NCBI GenBank assembly: GCA_937625935.1
Contig: OW569344.1
Coordinates: 496,001-560,000, forward strand
Direction of reading: 5' to 3'
Source of the DNA: Tetramitus jugosus
Taxonomy: Eukaryota > Protista > Heterolobosea
Length of the DNA stretch: 64,000 bases
In this document: piece by piece, positions 34,005-44,718 of the stretch
Layout of the letters: each line of letters begins with the position of its first letter
Position numbering within the stretch: the first letter of the stretch is position 1
Program-made: the position numbers and the translations under genes
The notes under the pieces: model-generated
Databases searched by the model: none
Told to the model about the DNA's origin: nothing
What the model saw: the letters and a program-made list of their open reading frames with translations, nothing else

Positions 34005-35468
34005 ATGTCATTGGGCGGCAGTGATGATCATCAGCATGACCAATCCTCAATAAACACGAGCATTCATCAATACATTTCAAACGAAAGCTTTTATGACTAT
34101 AGACAACCGAATCATAGTGGGAAGCTGGAACAAGTGAATAGTGATGATTGCTCTCCACTGTTGTTATCACCGACAGCTTCGAAACAACAGATGCATCATG
34201 AATGGACTGAAAAAACAGAAAAGAGGTGGCAGAAAATGATTGGTGTGAAAACAGGCTTGTTTTTCTCAGTTTGGAACTTGATTAATGATGTGTTGAGTCC
34301 AGGAACAGTCGGCATGAGTCAATATGTGGCGCAGTCGGGTGTTCTTTTGGCCGCTGTATTGTTTGCTGTGTTTGGCGCCATTACTTCTTATACGTTGTGT
34401 ATTTTGTATGAGATGGCAAAGGAGCACAAGAAAAAATCATTGCCTGAGCTGGCCGAGCAAGGTTTCGGAAAAATAGGTTACATACTTACGTGTTTATTCA
34501 TTGTAATGTTTAATTGGGGAGGTGTTTGCGGTCAATTTCTAATGTTTGGTGAGGTGGTGCCGGAGCTTTTGGTGTACTTGTATGGTGGTGAGCATTTTTT
34601 GATTAGCAGGACTGCTGTGCTCATTTACTTGACCGTGTTCTTGTTTCCGATTGCTTGTTTGAAGGACCTGGGTGATTTTGCAATCATATCTTTTGTGTCA
34701 GTGAGTTGCGTGTTGACGATTGCCGTCATGGTACTGTACAAGGTGGCCACTGGTCAGAGATACAATCCTCCATCGCCCGAATCATGGAAATTTGCTCAAC
34801 CGCAGGCGTTGAGTGCCTTGGGAGGCATGTCATACATTTTCGTGTGTCACGATTTGAGTTTCAATGTGTTTCAAGGGTTGAAGAAGAACACCAGAGTGCG
34901 ATATTACTCTGTGGTGCTAACTACGATGACATTGACTGTGATCACGTGTGCCACGATTGGATTTAGTGGATACTTTTTGTTTTTCGATCTGAACCTATCG
35001 ATTGCGAATGTATTGCAATTGTTACCAAGGAGTGATGTGTTAGCTATCGTTGGTAGATGCTTTTTGGCAGTGGATATTGCCCTTTCGATTCCTTACTCTG
35101 CATTTATGCCTCGATTGGGTCTCACCTTTATCACTACAGCATTCTTTCCATCTGTGAAGACCAATGCGACGAGAGCCAACATTGTCCACTACTTGTTCAC
35201 GTTTATCTGCGTGTTTGGTGCATTGGGAATTGGTTTGTTGTTCACGGATCTGGGAGCAGTGTTTGAGATTACGGGAGGTGTGAGTGCATGTTCGATAGCC
35301 TACATTATACCACCGTTGCTCTACCTGAAGCTCAGTAAGAAGTGCTTCAGCATCAATAAGTTCATCTGTCTGATTGTTTTGATGATTGGCTTGGGAATAT
35401 TTGGTTGCAGTTTGTCCAGTGTCATCTACAATGAAGTACAAAAACGAAAACATCCTGACACGACTTGA
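34005..35468 (+). CDS. Amino acid transporter, AAAP/SLC38 (Aa_trans) family
   Basis: SVWNLINDVLSPG, FVCH, GFSGY, ITGGVSA..IAYIIPPLLYL; about 11 TMs. Confidence 0.9.
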   Translation: MSLGGSDDHQHDQSSINTSIHQYISNESFYDYRQPNHSGKLEQVNSDDCSPLLLSPTASKQQMHHEWTEKTEKRWQKMIGVKTGLFFSVWNLINDVLSPGTVGMSQYVAQSGVLLAAVLFAVFGAITSYTLCILYEMAKEHKKKSLPELAEQGFGKIGYILTCLFIVMFNWGGVCGQFLMFGEVVPELLVYLYGGEHFLISRTAVLIYLTVFLFPIACLKDLGDFAIISFVSVSCVLTIAVMVLYKVATGQRYNPPSPESWKFAQPQALSALGGMSYIFVCHDLSFNVFQGLKKNTRVRYYSVVLTTMTLTVITCATIGFSGYFLFFDLNLSIANVLQLLPRSDVLAIVGRCFLAVDIALSIPYSAFMPRLGLTFITTAFFPSVKTNATRANIVHYLFTFICVFGALGIGLLFTDLGAVFEITGGVSACSIAYIIPPLLYLKLSKKCFSINKFICLIVLMIGLGIFGCSLSSVIYNEVQKRKHPDTT

Positions 35469-35561
35469 ATCGTGTCATAGCATTTGGTGCACCAACAATG
35501 CACATGCACATTGAGTTTAATTAAACACAATTTACAATTTTATTACAATTGATGCTCCGAG

Positions 35562-35978
35562 TTAAAAATTTTGAGTTCGAATATTGAAGCTCAAAGTTCC
35601 CTTCTCCATTGGAACATCTTCGAATTCCTTGCCTTGTGCAGACTTTAGCTCTTCATCTTGTACATCCAACTGCACAGTCACCTTGCCCAACAAATCTCTC
35701 TTGGACAGTGCGTCCCAATCGTACACGGACAATGTCACAGAAAACACTTCCTTGTTCTTTCTTGCATTCTCCAGCTCGTGGTCATGCAAAAAGAAACTCT
35801 TCTTCTCGTTCCATTGAGGATTACAATCATCCATAATCGTCTCTGTCTTGCACTTTTGAGATCCGTGTGAAAACGAAATTTCAACGTAGGGATCACTCTC
35901 GCTGAACTTGTCAGCCTTTCTCAGGTTTTTTGCATTCTTGACGAATAGGTAGACCTTGGGACAATAGATGTCTGTCAT
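35562..35978 (-). CDS. Single C2-domain protein (Ca2+-binding Asp residues present)
   Basis: AKNLRKADKFSESDPYV, KTETI..CNPQWNE, VYDWDALSKRDLLG. Confidence 0.92.
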   Translation of the reverse strand: MTDIYCPKVYLFVKNAKNLRKADKFSESDPYVEISFSHGSQKCKTETIMDDCNPQWNEKKSFFLHDHELENARKNKEVFSVTLSVYDWDALSKRDLLGKVTVQLDVQDEELKSAQGKEFEDVPMEKGTLSFNIRTQNF

Positions 35979-36130
35979 TTTGTGTTTTCTTATTGGGAGC
36001 TACTTGGTTGTTTTTTACTCTTCTGATGGAACTTCACCCTCTTCTGGAAATCTGACACGTGACAGCCGTGGTGGAGAATTATTTTTCAAGGTAAATTTTA
36101 TATTTACAAAAATGAACTAGGGTCAGCTGT

Positions 36131-37633
36131 TTAGAATGCAACAAGCTTGACAATGGTTGCAACAACAAGAATAGCCAAGATTGCTAGTAATGTTGATTGG
36201 TTAGTGCTGGTCGCAGAGTTGGAACCTGTTCCGCCAGTTCCTGGAATGCTTGGTACAGTCGTAGGAATTGGTCTTTCGGATTGAAGTGGAATAGTGGTTG
36301 GATCAATAACTGATTGAGCTGATCCAGTCAAAGCAAACACATCACCAGAATAGGAATATTGGGTAAAACCTGAGTTTGGCAATCCTTCCTTGATCGCAGT
36401 GAAGATGGTGCTCTTCTTTGTGACTGTATCAGTGAGGAATACACCAGCCTCAGAACTGTCACCAGTAGCGTTGTTTGAGGTGGTAGCAGAAAAGGTAACA
36501 ACACCCATATCTTGATCTCCCTCTCCAGCTTGGAATTGATCAGAGTACTCCTGGAACACTGCTCCGATGCAACCATCTCTTCTTGCGGTGTAGATAGCCT
36601 TGATTTGCATGTTGACCCAGTCAGATTGAGATTGAGTTTCCTTAGCTTGATGATGAGCTCCGAATTCACCCAACATCAATGGAATGTTATAATTCTTGCT
36701 CAAAGATGCCCATCCAGGGAATGTCTTCAAGTCTTCAGTAGGGTCAGGACGCCAGAACTTGCTCAAGTAGTTTCCTCTGTAAACATTAGCAGTAAAGATG
36801 TCAACCTTAAGTTCCTTCACCAATGTCAAATAACCAGATGGAAGATCTGCCTCTGCACTGGTAATTGGAACAGTTCTGTTCCACTTCTCTAACATATAGC
36901 TCTTAATCTTCTCAATCATTTTGTTGACCTTTTCTCTTAGCGCAACTTTGGATGCCAGGCCCAAATTGTTACCAATGCACCACATCAACAAGCTAGGATG
37001 ATTACCCAACTCGTCAACTCTTGCCTCAATAAATGCAAACAATTCTTCATCTGTTCTCAATTCCAGAGTCTCTTCTTCTGAAACAATAGGAACAATAGCC
37101 ATCAATCCATTCTTTTCCAATTCATCAAGGAATGGTTTGTGTTCAGCACCCTGGTTAGGATACGTGTAAAGTGGAGGACCAAACAGAGAAGAGAACTTGT
37201 TGAAGAGAGTCTTGGTGAATGGTTGAAGGGTCTGAACTCTAACAGTGTTGACACCTAGCTCCTTAATAATAGGCAGATCTCTCTCCCATAGTGGTTGGAA
37301 CCATGGACCATCTGGTGCCGGATATCTAGTAACAACATTGTTCACCATTCCATCATAGAAATCATTTGTGAAACAAGCACTTTGAACATTACCTAAATAG
37401 TTTCTTTTCACAGAGCAGAAGCCACCACCAGTCAATCCAGCGTTACCCATCTTGGCATAACCAAGAGGTGTGGGTTCGTAGTTGATACCCTTGACAAAGA
37501 ATTCTTTTCCATTGACATAGAGCTTTAGATCATGCACAAAAATATCATTCTTGTCATAGGTGGATTTACAATTGATTACGACAAGGCAATAAGCCAGTAA
37601 AAGAGTCGCCACAACAGCTAACTTGTATATCAT
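36131..37633 (-). CDS. Secreted, GPI-type clan GH-A glycoside hydrolase-like protein
   Basis: Signal peptide; LYVNGKEFFVKGINY.P; RDLPIIKELGVNTVRV; HPSLLMWCIGN; PLMLGEFG; S/T stalk and hydrophobic C-terminus. Confidence 0.85.
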   Translation of the reverse strand: MIYKLAVVATLLLAYCLVVINCKSTYDKNDIFVHDLKLYVNGKEFFVKGINYEPTPLGYAKMGNAGLTGGGFCSVKRNYLGNVQSACFTNDFYDGMVNNVVTRYPAPDGPWFQPLWERDLPIIKELGVNTVRVQTLQPFTKTLFNKFSSLFGPPLYTYPNQGAEHKPFLDELEKNGLMAIVPIVSEEETLELRTDEELFAFIEARVDELGNHPSLLMWCIGNNLGLASKVALREKVNKMIEKIKSYMLEKWNRTVPITSAEADLPSGYLTLVKELKVDIFTANVYRGNYLSKFWRPDPTEDLKTFPGWASLSKNYNIPLMLGEFGAHHQAKETQSQSDWVNMQIKAIYTARRDGCIGAVFQEYSDQFQAGEGDQDMGVVTFSATTSNNATGDSSEAGVFLTDTVTKKSTIFTAIKEGLPNSGFTQYSYSGDVFALTGSAQSVIDPTTIPLQSERPIPTTVPSIPGTGGTGSNSATSTNQSTLLAILAILVVATIVKLVAF

Positions 37634-37975
37634 CTTATCAGTGTGTTATCGTATGGATTTCTTTTGTTTGCTCAGAGAAAAGACTGAATCGATATCTGAG
37701 GTGATCATTTTATACAATAAGGTCAGGGCACCATAAGGGAGTGGATAATTTTCATCTCTCATTAGCCAAAGAGAATTTGTGGCATGGTTGATGACAAGAA
37801 TCATTTTTCCAGTCATCTTGTTGGATCACTTCTTTTTTCATCTCGTGGGCAAGCGGCAAACGACGACCTGAAATGAAGCACAGCTTTATCCACACACGAA
37901 AAACAAACTATTGCCCTCTTTAGGGTCCGCGCTGGGGGACGCTGTATCAGGCCTTCAGTGAAAAGTATATGAGCT

Positions 37976-38878
37976 TTATTGCAGGAATAAGTCGGGTGAA
38001 TACTTCTGAAGATATTCCCGAAGAGATGTCTTGAAATCACACAGATAGGTGTGATCTAACCAGTTATCATAAATGTTCCGACCGAGGCTATGCTGTTGAC
38101 CCAATTGCAGACATGCTTTCAGCACGTGCGTCACATATTTGTCCACTGGAAGAATGGGACAAGCTTTCTGATTAGATGATCCTTCTTCTTGCTGTTCATC
38201 TTGTTCTGTGGAACAGCAAGCAATGTTGGATGAATGGTACCACAGTTGTCCCGAAAAATATTGCCCTACTAGTTCATGATACACTTCACTGGACTGATAA
38301 CATTTTGTTTTCAGGTAAATCTCATCTGTCGATTGACAACAAATGAGTCCATAACCAGACTTTAATCTTTGATTCAGCTGTTCACTATTCTCTTCAGCTT
38401 GTTCGACTCCAGACAATGACAATGATGAATCAATTGTCTCATAACGTACCCATCCGTACTCATATCTGTGTTCTCTCTTGAGGAAATCTGGCCAACAGTC
38501 CACCGGAGTCTCAAACACTGAGACATAAAGAAAATTCTCACTGTCATCACCCTCCAACGTTGCATATCTCTGTTTCAGAGTCTCAGGCAAATGCTGTGCC
38601 TGACAAGCAGATATACTGGCCACCTTATTGGAATCATCGGAAGCAAATCCCATTCGAATGCACGAGATGGCCACCAAGTTGAACGATCGGACATATTGGC
38701 GGATTGTGGCCAATCGAAAGTTTTTCAAGTTGGGAAAGGTTCTCTTGGCAGAGGTGTGATCCAACAGAGAGCCGACACCAACAATGGTCAGGTACTCTCG
38801 TTTCTCTTTGACAAACTTTTGACCATGTTCTGTGTCAATTGGGAAGTGTTCTAATTCGCAAGGGCAGTGATGGCTCAT
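37976..38878 (-). CDS. Gamma-glutamylcyclotransferase-like fold protein
   Basis: IVGVGSLL..SAKRTFP.L.NFR, FLKREHRY, ILPVDKY...L, NWLDHTYL. ATG at 38878. Confidence 0.65.
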   Translation of the reverse strand: MSHHCPCELEHFPIDTEHGQKFVKEKREYLTIVGVGSLLDHTSAKRTFPNLKNFRLATIRQYVRSFNLVAISCIRMGFASDDSNKVASISACQAQHLPETLKQRYATLEGDDSENFLYVSVFETPVDCWPDFLKREHRYEYGWVRYETIDSSLSLSGVEQAEENSEQLNQRLKSGYGLICCQSTDEIYLKTKCYQSSEVYHELVGQYFSGQLWYHSSNIACCSTEQDEQQEEGSSNQKACPILPVDKYVTHVLKACLQLGQQHSLGRNIYDNWLDHTYLCDFKTSLREYLQKYSPDLFLQ

Positions 38879-39014
38879 GTTTGTACAAATGGTTGTTTTT
38901 GTGTTTTCGAGAAAAACATCAATCAACAAGAAAAGGAAGAAAAATGTTGTCAAGTCTCTGATTGAGTACCAACACATGCGTCGAACAACACGAACAAACA
39001 ACAGGAATGCCTCC

Positions 39015-39629
39015 ATGGTGGCGAGTGGTGCTCCATCGACTCGCAACAACAATCAAGTGTACAATGCCATCACCTCCATGAACAACCAAAGTAACAACAG
39101 CAAGCAGAGACCACTGGACACCTTGTTCATTCTGTTAAAGCACCGCAGGCTTCACTTTGACCAATTTCACACCAACAGCAACATTCAATATCAGTTATTG
39201 AAGTGGTTGAGTGAGGTGTCGACGAGTGATATGAAGCTAAACTCGTCCAATGAAGCCTACTTGGCCTACATTTATGAGATTTGCAAGAGAGACTTGAATC
39301 AAATCAAGATTTCTCTTCCAACAACGGGCAGCAATCGCTTGAGAATGAGTGATGATCATTGGGTGGAGCTCTCAAAGCTTTTTACAGTCAGATGGATCCC
39401 ATTGTCATTCTCAAGCAAAGCTGCAGGAGGTGTGAGCTTGCTTGTGTTGCTATTACTCTGTAGCTTTGCTTACTATTCCGGACTGATGTATTGGCGGCGA
39501 AAATGGCGCCAAAAATCGCAACAACTACGATGGGTGAACAATGTGCAGACTGGGAGTGTAATTCAGGACATGTATCAGCACTATCCAGCACCCAGAACAA
39601 GCATCCCCGTACCACTGTTCAGAAGATGA
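39015..39629 (+). CDS. Unknown single-TM protein
   Basis: Protein-like ORF with a C-terminal TM followed by basic residues. Start uncertain. Confidence 0.5.
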   Translation: MVASGAPSTRNNNQVYNAITSMNNQSNNSKQRPLDTLFILLKHRRLHFDQFHTNSNIQYQLLKWLSEVSTSDMKLNSSNEAYLAYIYEICKRDLNQIKISLPTTGSNRLRMSDDHWVELSKLFTVRWIPLSFSSKAAGGVSLLVLLLLCSFAYYSGLMYWRRKWRQKSQQLRWVNNVQTGSVIQDMYQHYPAPRTSIPVPLFRR

Positions 39630-39924
39630 GATGACACACAAAAAAAAGAATAATAAAAAAAAACCATTGATATTTCTGATTGTTTATTTGTGTTGGTTGT
39701 TGTTCGGAGGAAAATTTGATAGTGGATATTGTGGGGAGGTGTGCAAATTGGAGACTGTCTTTTTTTTCTTGCAATGTCCTTTCAATGACATTGAAATCAT
39801 TTCGTTCGTCAATCCCACATTGGTCATAGTGATCACAGTGATCAATGGATGATCCAATGTAGACAATGTTATATGCGCGCAAATAAAAAGACACGACTCC
39901 ATTTCGCTTCTTCTTCAAAAGTGT

Positions 39925-40092
39925 TTAGAAAAAATAGTTCCAGACAGAGGTCACTGCCTCAGATGCCTGAGTGGAGACATAAGGTGCCAAACGCAAGAAG
40001 ACACATCCAACAATGAAAATTTGCAATTTGTTCTTCATTTCCTTTTCTGCCTTTCTCTTTGGTGGCAGAGGTTCTTGTGGTAGTCCATACAT
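39925..40092 (-). CDS. Tom5-like small TOM-complex subunit (55 aa)
   Basis: MYGLPQE...FIVGCVFLRLAPYV resembles yeast Tom5 (MFGLPQQE) and the LRxxP TM of animal Tom5 and plant Tom6. Confidence 0.6.
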   Translation of the reverse strand: MYGLPQEPLPPKRKAEKEMKNKLQIFIVGCVFLRLAPYVSTQASEAVTSVWNYFF

Positions 40093-40581
40093 TTTTGAAT
40101 GATGATTGTTTGCTGTTGTTGTTTGGTTGTTTTGGTTTTTTGATCGAACCAAAAATGTTGTGTGTAAATGCAACGCCGAGTCGGGCAAATGAGAAAGTTT
40201 TTGCGAACAATCTACGGATTGGAAGAAAAAACATCATCATGGAGGATGTAGATCATGAGAGACAAGAAAAGATAACATGATTAAGTTTGCGAGACGATAT
40301 GTTATTTTTATTATATTTTGTATCTCGATTCACTCTTCTATGATATGATGATATTACAGGACAAAAGGCAGTCTCTTCGATCAAGAATGGTTCTATTGAA
40401 GCGATAAAAACTCGCATCTCTCTCTTCGAGAAGCCCACATACTTACAAGAACTTACTCTTTCTCTTCACAATAGTGACGAAAAATTGCAAAACGATTCTT
40501 CTGTCATTTCGATTGACTCTCCAATCGAAAAGACAATATATGTGTGGTAATCGGTTGAATGCTGTCGTCTCTTGAGCCAAC

Positions 40582-41982
40582 TTATAGCACACCGCCCAAG
40601 ATATTCTCAACGAGGAGGCGAATGGACTGCTCATCAACAGCATTTGAATAGAACACTTCTCTGACACGATTATCTCTATCTTCCTCCAAAATCTTGTCCC
40701 TAACGAATTGTTTGTAATCCTCTACACTGGAATCATTGCCAGCGAAATCGCGATGGAATTGTGACATTTTTCTCTGACCTGTTTGACATTTTTCAGTCAT
40801 GACATCCAACTTGTTCAAAACGAGATACACGGGCACCGCTGACATATCCTTTGTTTCATAGAATGTCTTGAATACATTGATAGAATCAATGAGACGTGGA
40901 GTGGTATTGTTTTCATAGGTTAACTGATCGTACTCACTCAGACTGCTAACATACACTACGGCATCCACATTGGCAAACTAAACAAACATATGCATTGCAC
41001 CCAACAGAAAGCAAAAGTTAGCGACAAAGGATAAAAAGAAAATAGACAACAGAAAAACAATTGAATTTCCAACACGCACAAAATTGATCCACTTTCTTCG
41101 TTCGTTCTTCTGGCCTCCAACGTCCACGACCTTGAGCTTCTTTCCTCTAATCTCAAAAATCTGATCAGCTACACCGACAGTCTTCTTTCTACTTCTCAGA
41201 ATATCTTCAAACGATGGTACATAGTTCTTTCTTGTCAGTTCAGCCATCTTTGATAAAAAGTAGGGAGCATTGTCATCCAAATGAAACATGCTTCTCTTTT
41301 CATATGTCTTTTGAATTCCTTCGTCCAGCCACAGTGTGTATAGGTCCATGGGATCCATTGGCAAACATTCCCATCCTTGTGTCTAAACAACATGAGTCAA
41401 GAAAAAAAACTTGCGTTAGCTCTGAGCCGTTGTAAATGTTTGCGCGCCAAATTTTTTTGTAAACGGCAGTTGAAAAAATCACGCGAGCTCATACGTACAT
41501 CAGTTTTTTCTAGAATACTCTCTTCCAATTCTGTAATCTTCCGAGCAGTTTCTCTATTGTTTGCATCCACAATGGGATCATAGATAAAGCTGGCCTTCAC
41601 CAGAATTTGTATCGCAGTCAACACATTATCAACAATAAAAGCTTTGAACTGCATGCGCTCCTCTGTTCTCTGGAACGACTTTGTGTACATGTGTTGCAAT
41701 TGCTACAGATGGACACACAAAGAATATTTTGCGCGATTGTTGTCATTTCAAACGTTGTCGTAAGCTTTCCTATTCGTCTTCACTCACTCACTCGAACAAA
41801 CATACACACAAAACAAAAAACATGTCTATATATACCTTAAATATTGTTGATTTGCCAGAATCTCCTGCACCTAGCAATAATACAGTGCGGTCTGGCTCTA
41901 ATCGCTTGCCACGATAAGCAGTGTCCTCCTCAGTATCATCAGTATCTGAGATGGATCGGAGATCGGAGCATCCCATACCCAT
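40582..41982 (-). CDS. Heterotrimeric G-protein alpha subunit; introns 41703-41835, 41383-41498, 40978-41079
   Basis: MG(MG)C lipidation motif; LLLGAGDSGKSTIFK|QL; DILRSRKKTVG; DVGGQKNERRKW; NKLD. All three introns are phase 0 and in frame. Confidence 0.95.
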
Positions 41983-42766
41983 TTTTTTGAATAATTATGA
42001 CTAGAGGTTTACTTGTTTGTTATTGGTTCGTTTTTGTTATGATGATTGTTGTTTTTGAGAAGTGTTGGTTATTCTCGCTCGTGATTGTTGTCTTCTGTTT
42101 TTTGTTTTTGCGTGATTGTTAGAAATCGGATAAGCAAACAGTGAAAGATTGATTATAATACTTCTTTGTTTTTTGAGCAAGAGATTTCAGCTTTTCTTCA
42201 CTCTTTTTTTTGTGATGTTCATTTCTCTGACGTGAGATGTGACATGAAAGCTCCGGTGACGTCCGAACAACGGGAATATACCGAAACGCATATCAAACTT
42301 CCGCTCTCGAACGAAAAAGGACAAGCAACAACATCTCTGGCCCACCAATTGTGTGCAGTGTGGAAATCCTCCTTTTCCCTCAAGATATCTTCCCTATGGA
42401 TAACGGTGTCTTGAGATAAAATCTCTGTTCTAGACTTGTTCGACTTGGTATTGGTTGACCTTCTCTAAGAATTGCTGTTCTCTTCCTTTCAAGTCCTCTG
42501 TCTCTTCCAATCCTTTCTCTCGCCATCTTTACTTCTTCTCTTCTTTGAGTATCTGGATAATCACATATTAGTTCGATCTGTTCTGTTCATCCTCTCGCCA
42601 TCAAATCATGATAGTGGGTAAGAGCTTGGTTCTCCTTGCCTTTTTCCTATTGAAGGTTCAACTCTTCCTTCATGACTGTTTCTTTGCGAACTGAATACAA
42701 GATTATGGTTACAAATGCTGAAGTAAAGATGTTCGAGAAATTGGTTCTTTCGTCGAATGAGTTTGT

Positions 42767-43115
42767 TTGGCATTTTCTTTCATTCTTTGTTCTCTTGAAG
42801 AAAAGTTAAATGGTTCATTGAGAACCTTTATCGAACATACACACAAAGAGTACCGCCACGAGAACTCATTCCTCACACCTTTGTTACTGGGATCTAACTA
42901 TGTGAAGTTCCAGAATATGGACAGTTGGACAACAGGTGTTTACGGCTGTGTCCTTTTTGAATATTTCATAGAACCATAACAATTCTCAATCTTCGAGTGG
43001 GAAGAATTCAAACATTGAGTTCTTGTATGTATTATTCAGAGCAACGAGCCGAGAGGACATCCAGCGATTAACCTAACAGAAATATGGATTCGGTTCTCAC
43101 CTTCCAGTCATTCCA
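42767..43115 (+). pseudogene. Possible decayed RGS-domain fragment
   Basis: TFIEHTHKEYRHEN, YFIEP* and later NLTEIWIRF resemble RGS helices, interrupted by stops. Confidence 0.4.
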
Positions 43116-43296
43116 CGTCCTCTGTCGTTGGTTGCTCCGGGGTGGTTGAGAGGGTGAGAACTTTTGTTTCTGGTGTTTAAATACATTAGACTCACACGAG
43201 AGGAAGCAGTGGGTAATTTAAATGATGGACTGAGAGAAGGGAGAAAACTGAGTTGAGTAGTTTGTTCTTCGAAAACATTTACTGAGTGTTCTTAGA

Positions 43297-44325
43297 TTAA
43301 CTCAATATGCATCTTGACTTTGGAGCCATTTGTGCTTCTGATAGCAAGCCAGCTTGAAGATCTTCAAGGGCAGCCTGTTGATGGAATGTATAAAAGCGCC
43401 TCAATATAATGTCAGACATTACGTGCACATTGTCGCAAGTCAACTCAAAATATTCCAAAGGTAAAAGGTCAAACACTTGAGCACAATCCTTGAGGAACCT
43501 CTGTTTAGAAATGGGTGCATCTTCTGACCAAACACCTACACCAACAATCAATACACCCTTGCATGCCCTTGGTGAAGTAAGATTTAAAAGTGGTTTGCTC
43601 TCCTTGAGTGCAGCTAAAGCTTTTGACAAAGAATTCGAACCATAGCTACTACACGAATGAGTAGTAGAATAAGTGTCGTCATCTAGCCATGCATGTCTTG
43701 TGTCGACTGTGATCACCAAGCAACGAGCTGCACGGTAGTAAGAATTTGAAATGGTTCTAAAGCGCTCTGGTCCTTGACCAATCGTCCAAAGCTGAATTGT
43801 CCAGTTAGGAGTGACTTTTGGCTGTCTCGAGGCCATAGGCACAATGGTGAAATCGATACCCAATTGTTGATACGGTGCCCCATCTTGTGGTATCACGAGT
43901 TGGCTATTGCTTTTCAACGCATCCATCACTGCTTGATTCAACAAGCTACTGGGCACACCAAACAAGATTTTTGACAGTGTATGATTGTTTACATCATTGT
44001 ACTTGGACCTGGCCTCCACTCGATCAAACGGAAAGTGATAAATTTGTACGTAGTAACACACGTAATCCTTCATTTCATTACAACAATTCTGACTCAACAC
44101 GGCAGCAGAAGCAGTGGTGTTCTTCATGAGAGCAAATTCTTGTCTTGAAGGCAAGTGCTCTGTGACATGGGCAAAGTCTCTCTTGAGAAGCACAGTCCAC
44201 AAGTGCTGATTGGACATGATACAGTCATGGTTCACGGAATTGGTCTGTGAATGATGACACACGTCGGCCACTGGGAGAAAGAGAAGAACCTGGAAGAGTT
44301 CATCCGAGCTGAGTGTTGCTATCAT
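43297..44325 (-). CDS. F-box plus degenerate Rab-like GTPase domain, with CaaX end
   Basis: LSSDELFQVLLFLP..LW..LLKRDF; LGIDF; IQLWTIGQGPERFRTISNSYYRAA; ends in CILS. Confidence 0.8.
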   Translation of the reverse strand: MIATLSSDELFQVLLFLPVADVCHHSQTNSVNHDCIMSNQHLWTVLLKRDFAHVTEHLPSRQEFALMKNTTASAAVLSQNCCNEMKDYVCYYVQIYHFPFDRVEARSKYNDVNNHTLSKILFGVPSSLLNQAVMDALKSNSQLVIPQDGAPYQQLGIDFTIVPMASRQPKVTPNWTIQLWTIGQGPERFRTISNSYYRAARCLVITVDTRHAWLDDDTYSTTHSCSSYGSNSLSKALAALKESKPLLNLTSPRACKGVLIVGVGVWSEDAPISKQRFLKDCAQVFDLLPLEYFELTCDNVHVMSDIILRRFYTFHQQAALEDLQAGLLSEAQMAPKSRCILS

Positions 44326-44718
44326 TTTTTTGTGCAAGTTGTGTGTTCTTCCAATGAATGGTTGTTCCGAGAAATCAGAAGTTGTTTCGGTATTCTCGAG
44401 GTATCAACGAGGATGTCACTCAAGAGTTGAGGGGTGCTTCTATTAATTAGATTGATGTGGCGGATACCAGGCTTTTGGCTCCTAACCACACACCTGTTTT
44501 AAACAGGCTGAACTGCGAAATGAAGTATTTTTGTTGAAGGACTTTTGTTCTGCTTTGTTACTAGTTGTCGCTCTTTGAGATTCAAATTTATTGAGCAAGG
44601 ATCACAGCTCTCCATCCAGAATAATTGTGGTTCAGGTGAAGTTCTCCATCAGGCTATGCTTTTGTTTTGAGAAGTGGAACAGATGCGAAATTTTGTTTTC
44701 TTTTTATTCCCTTGGTAT

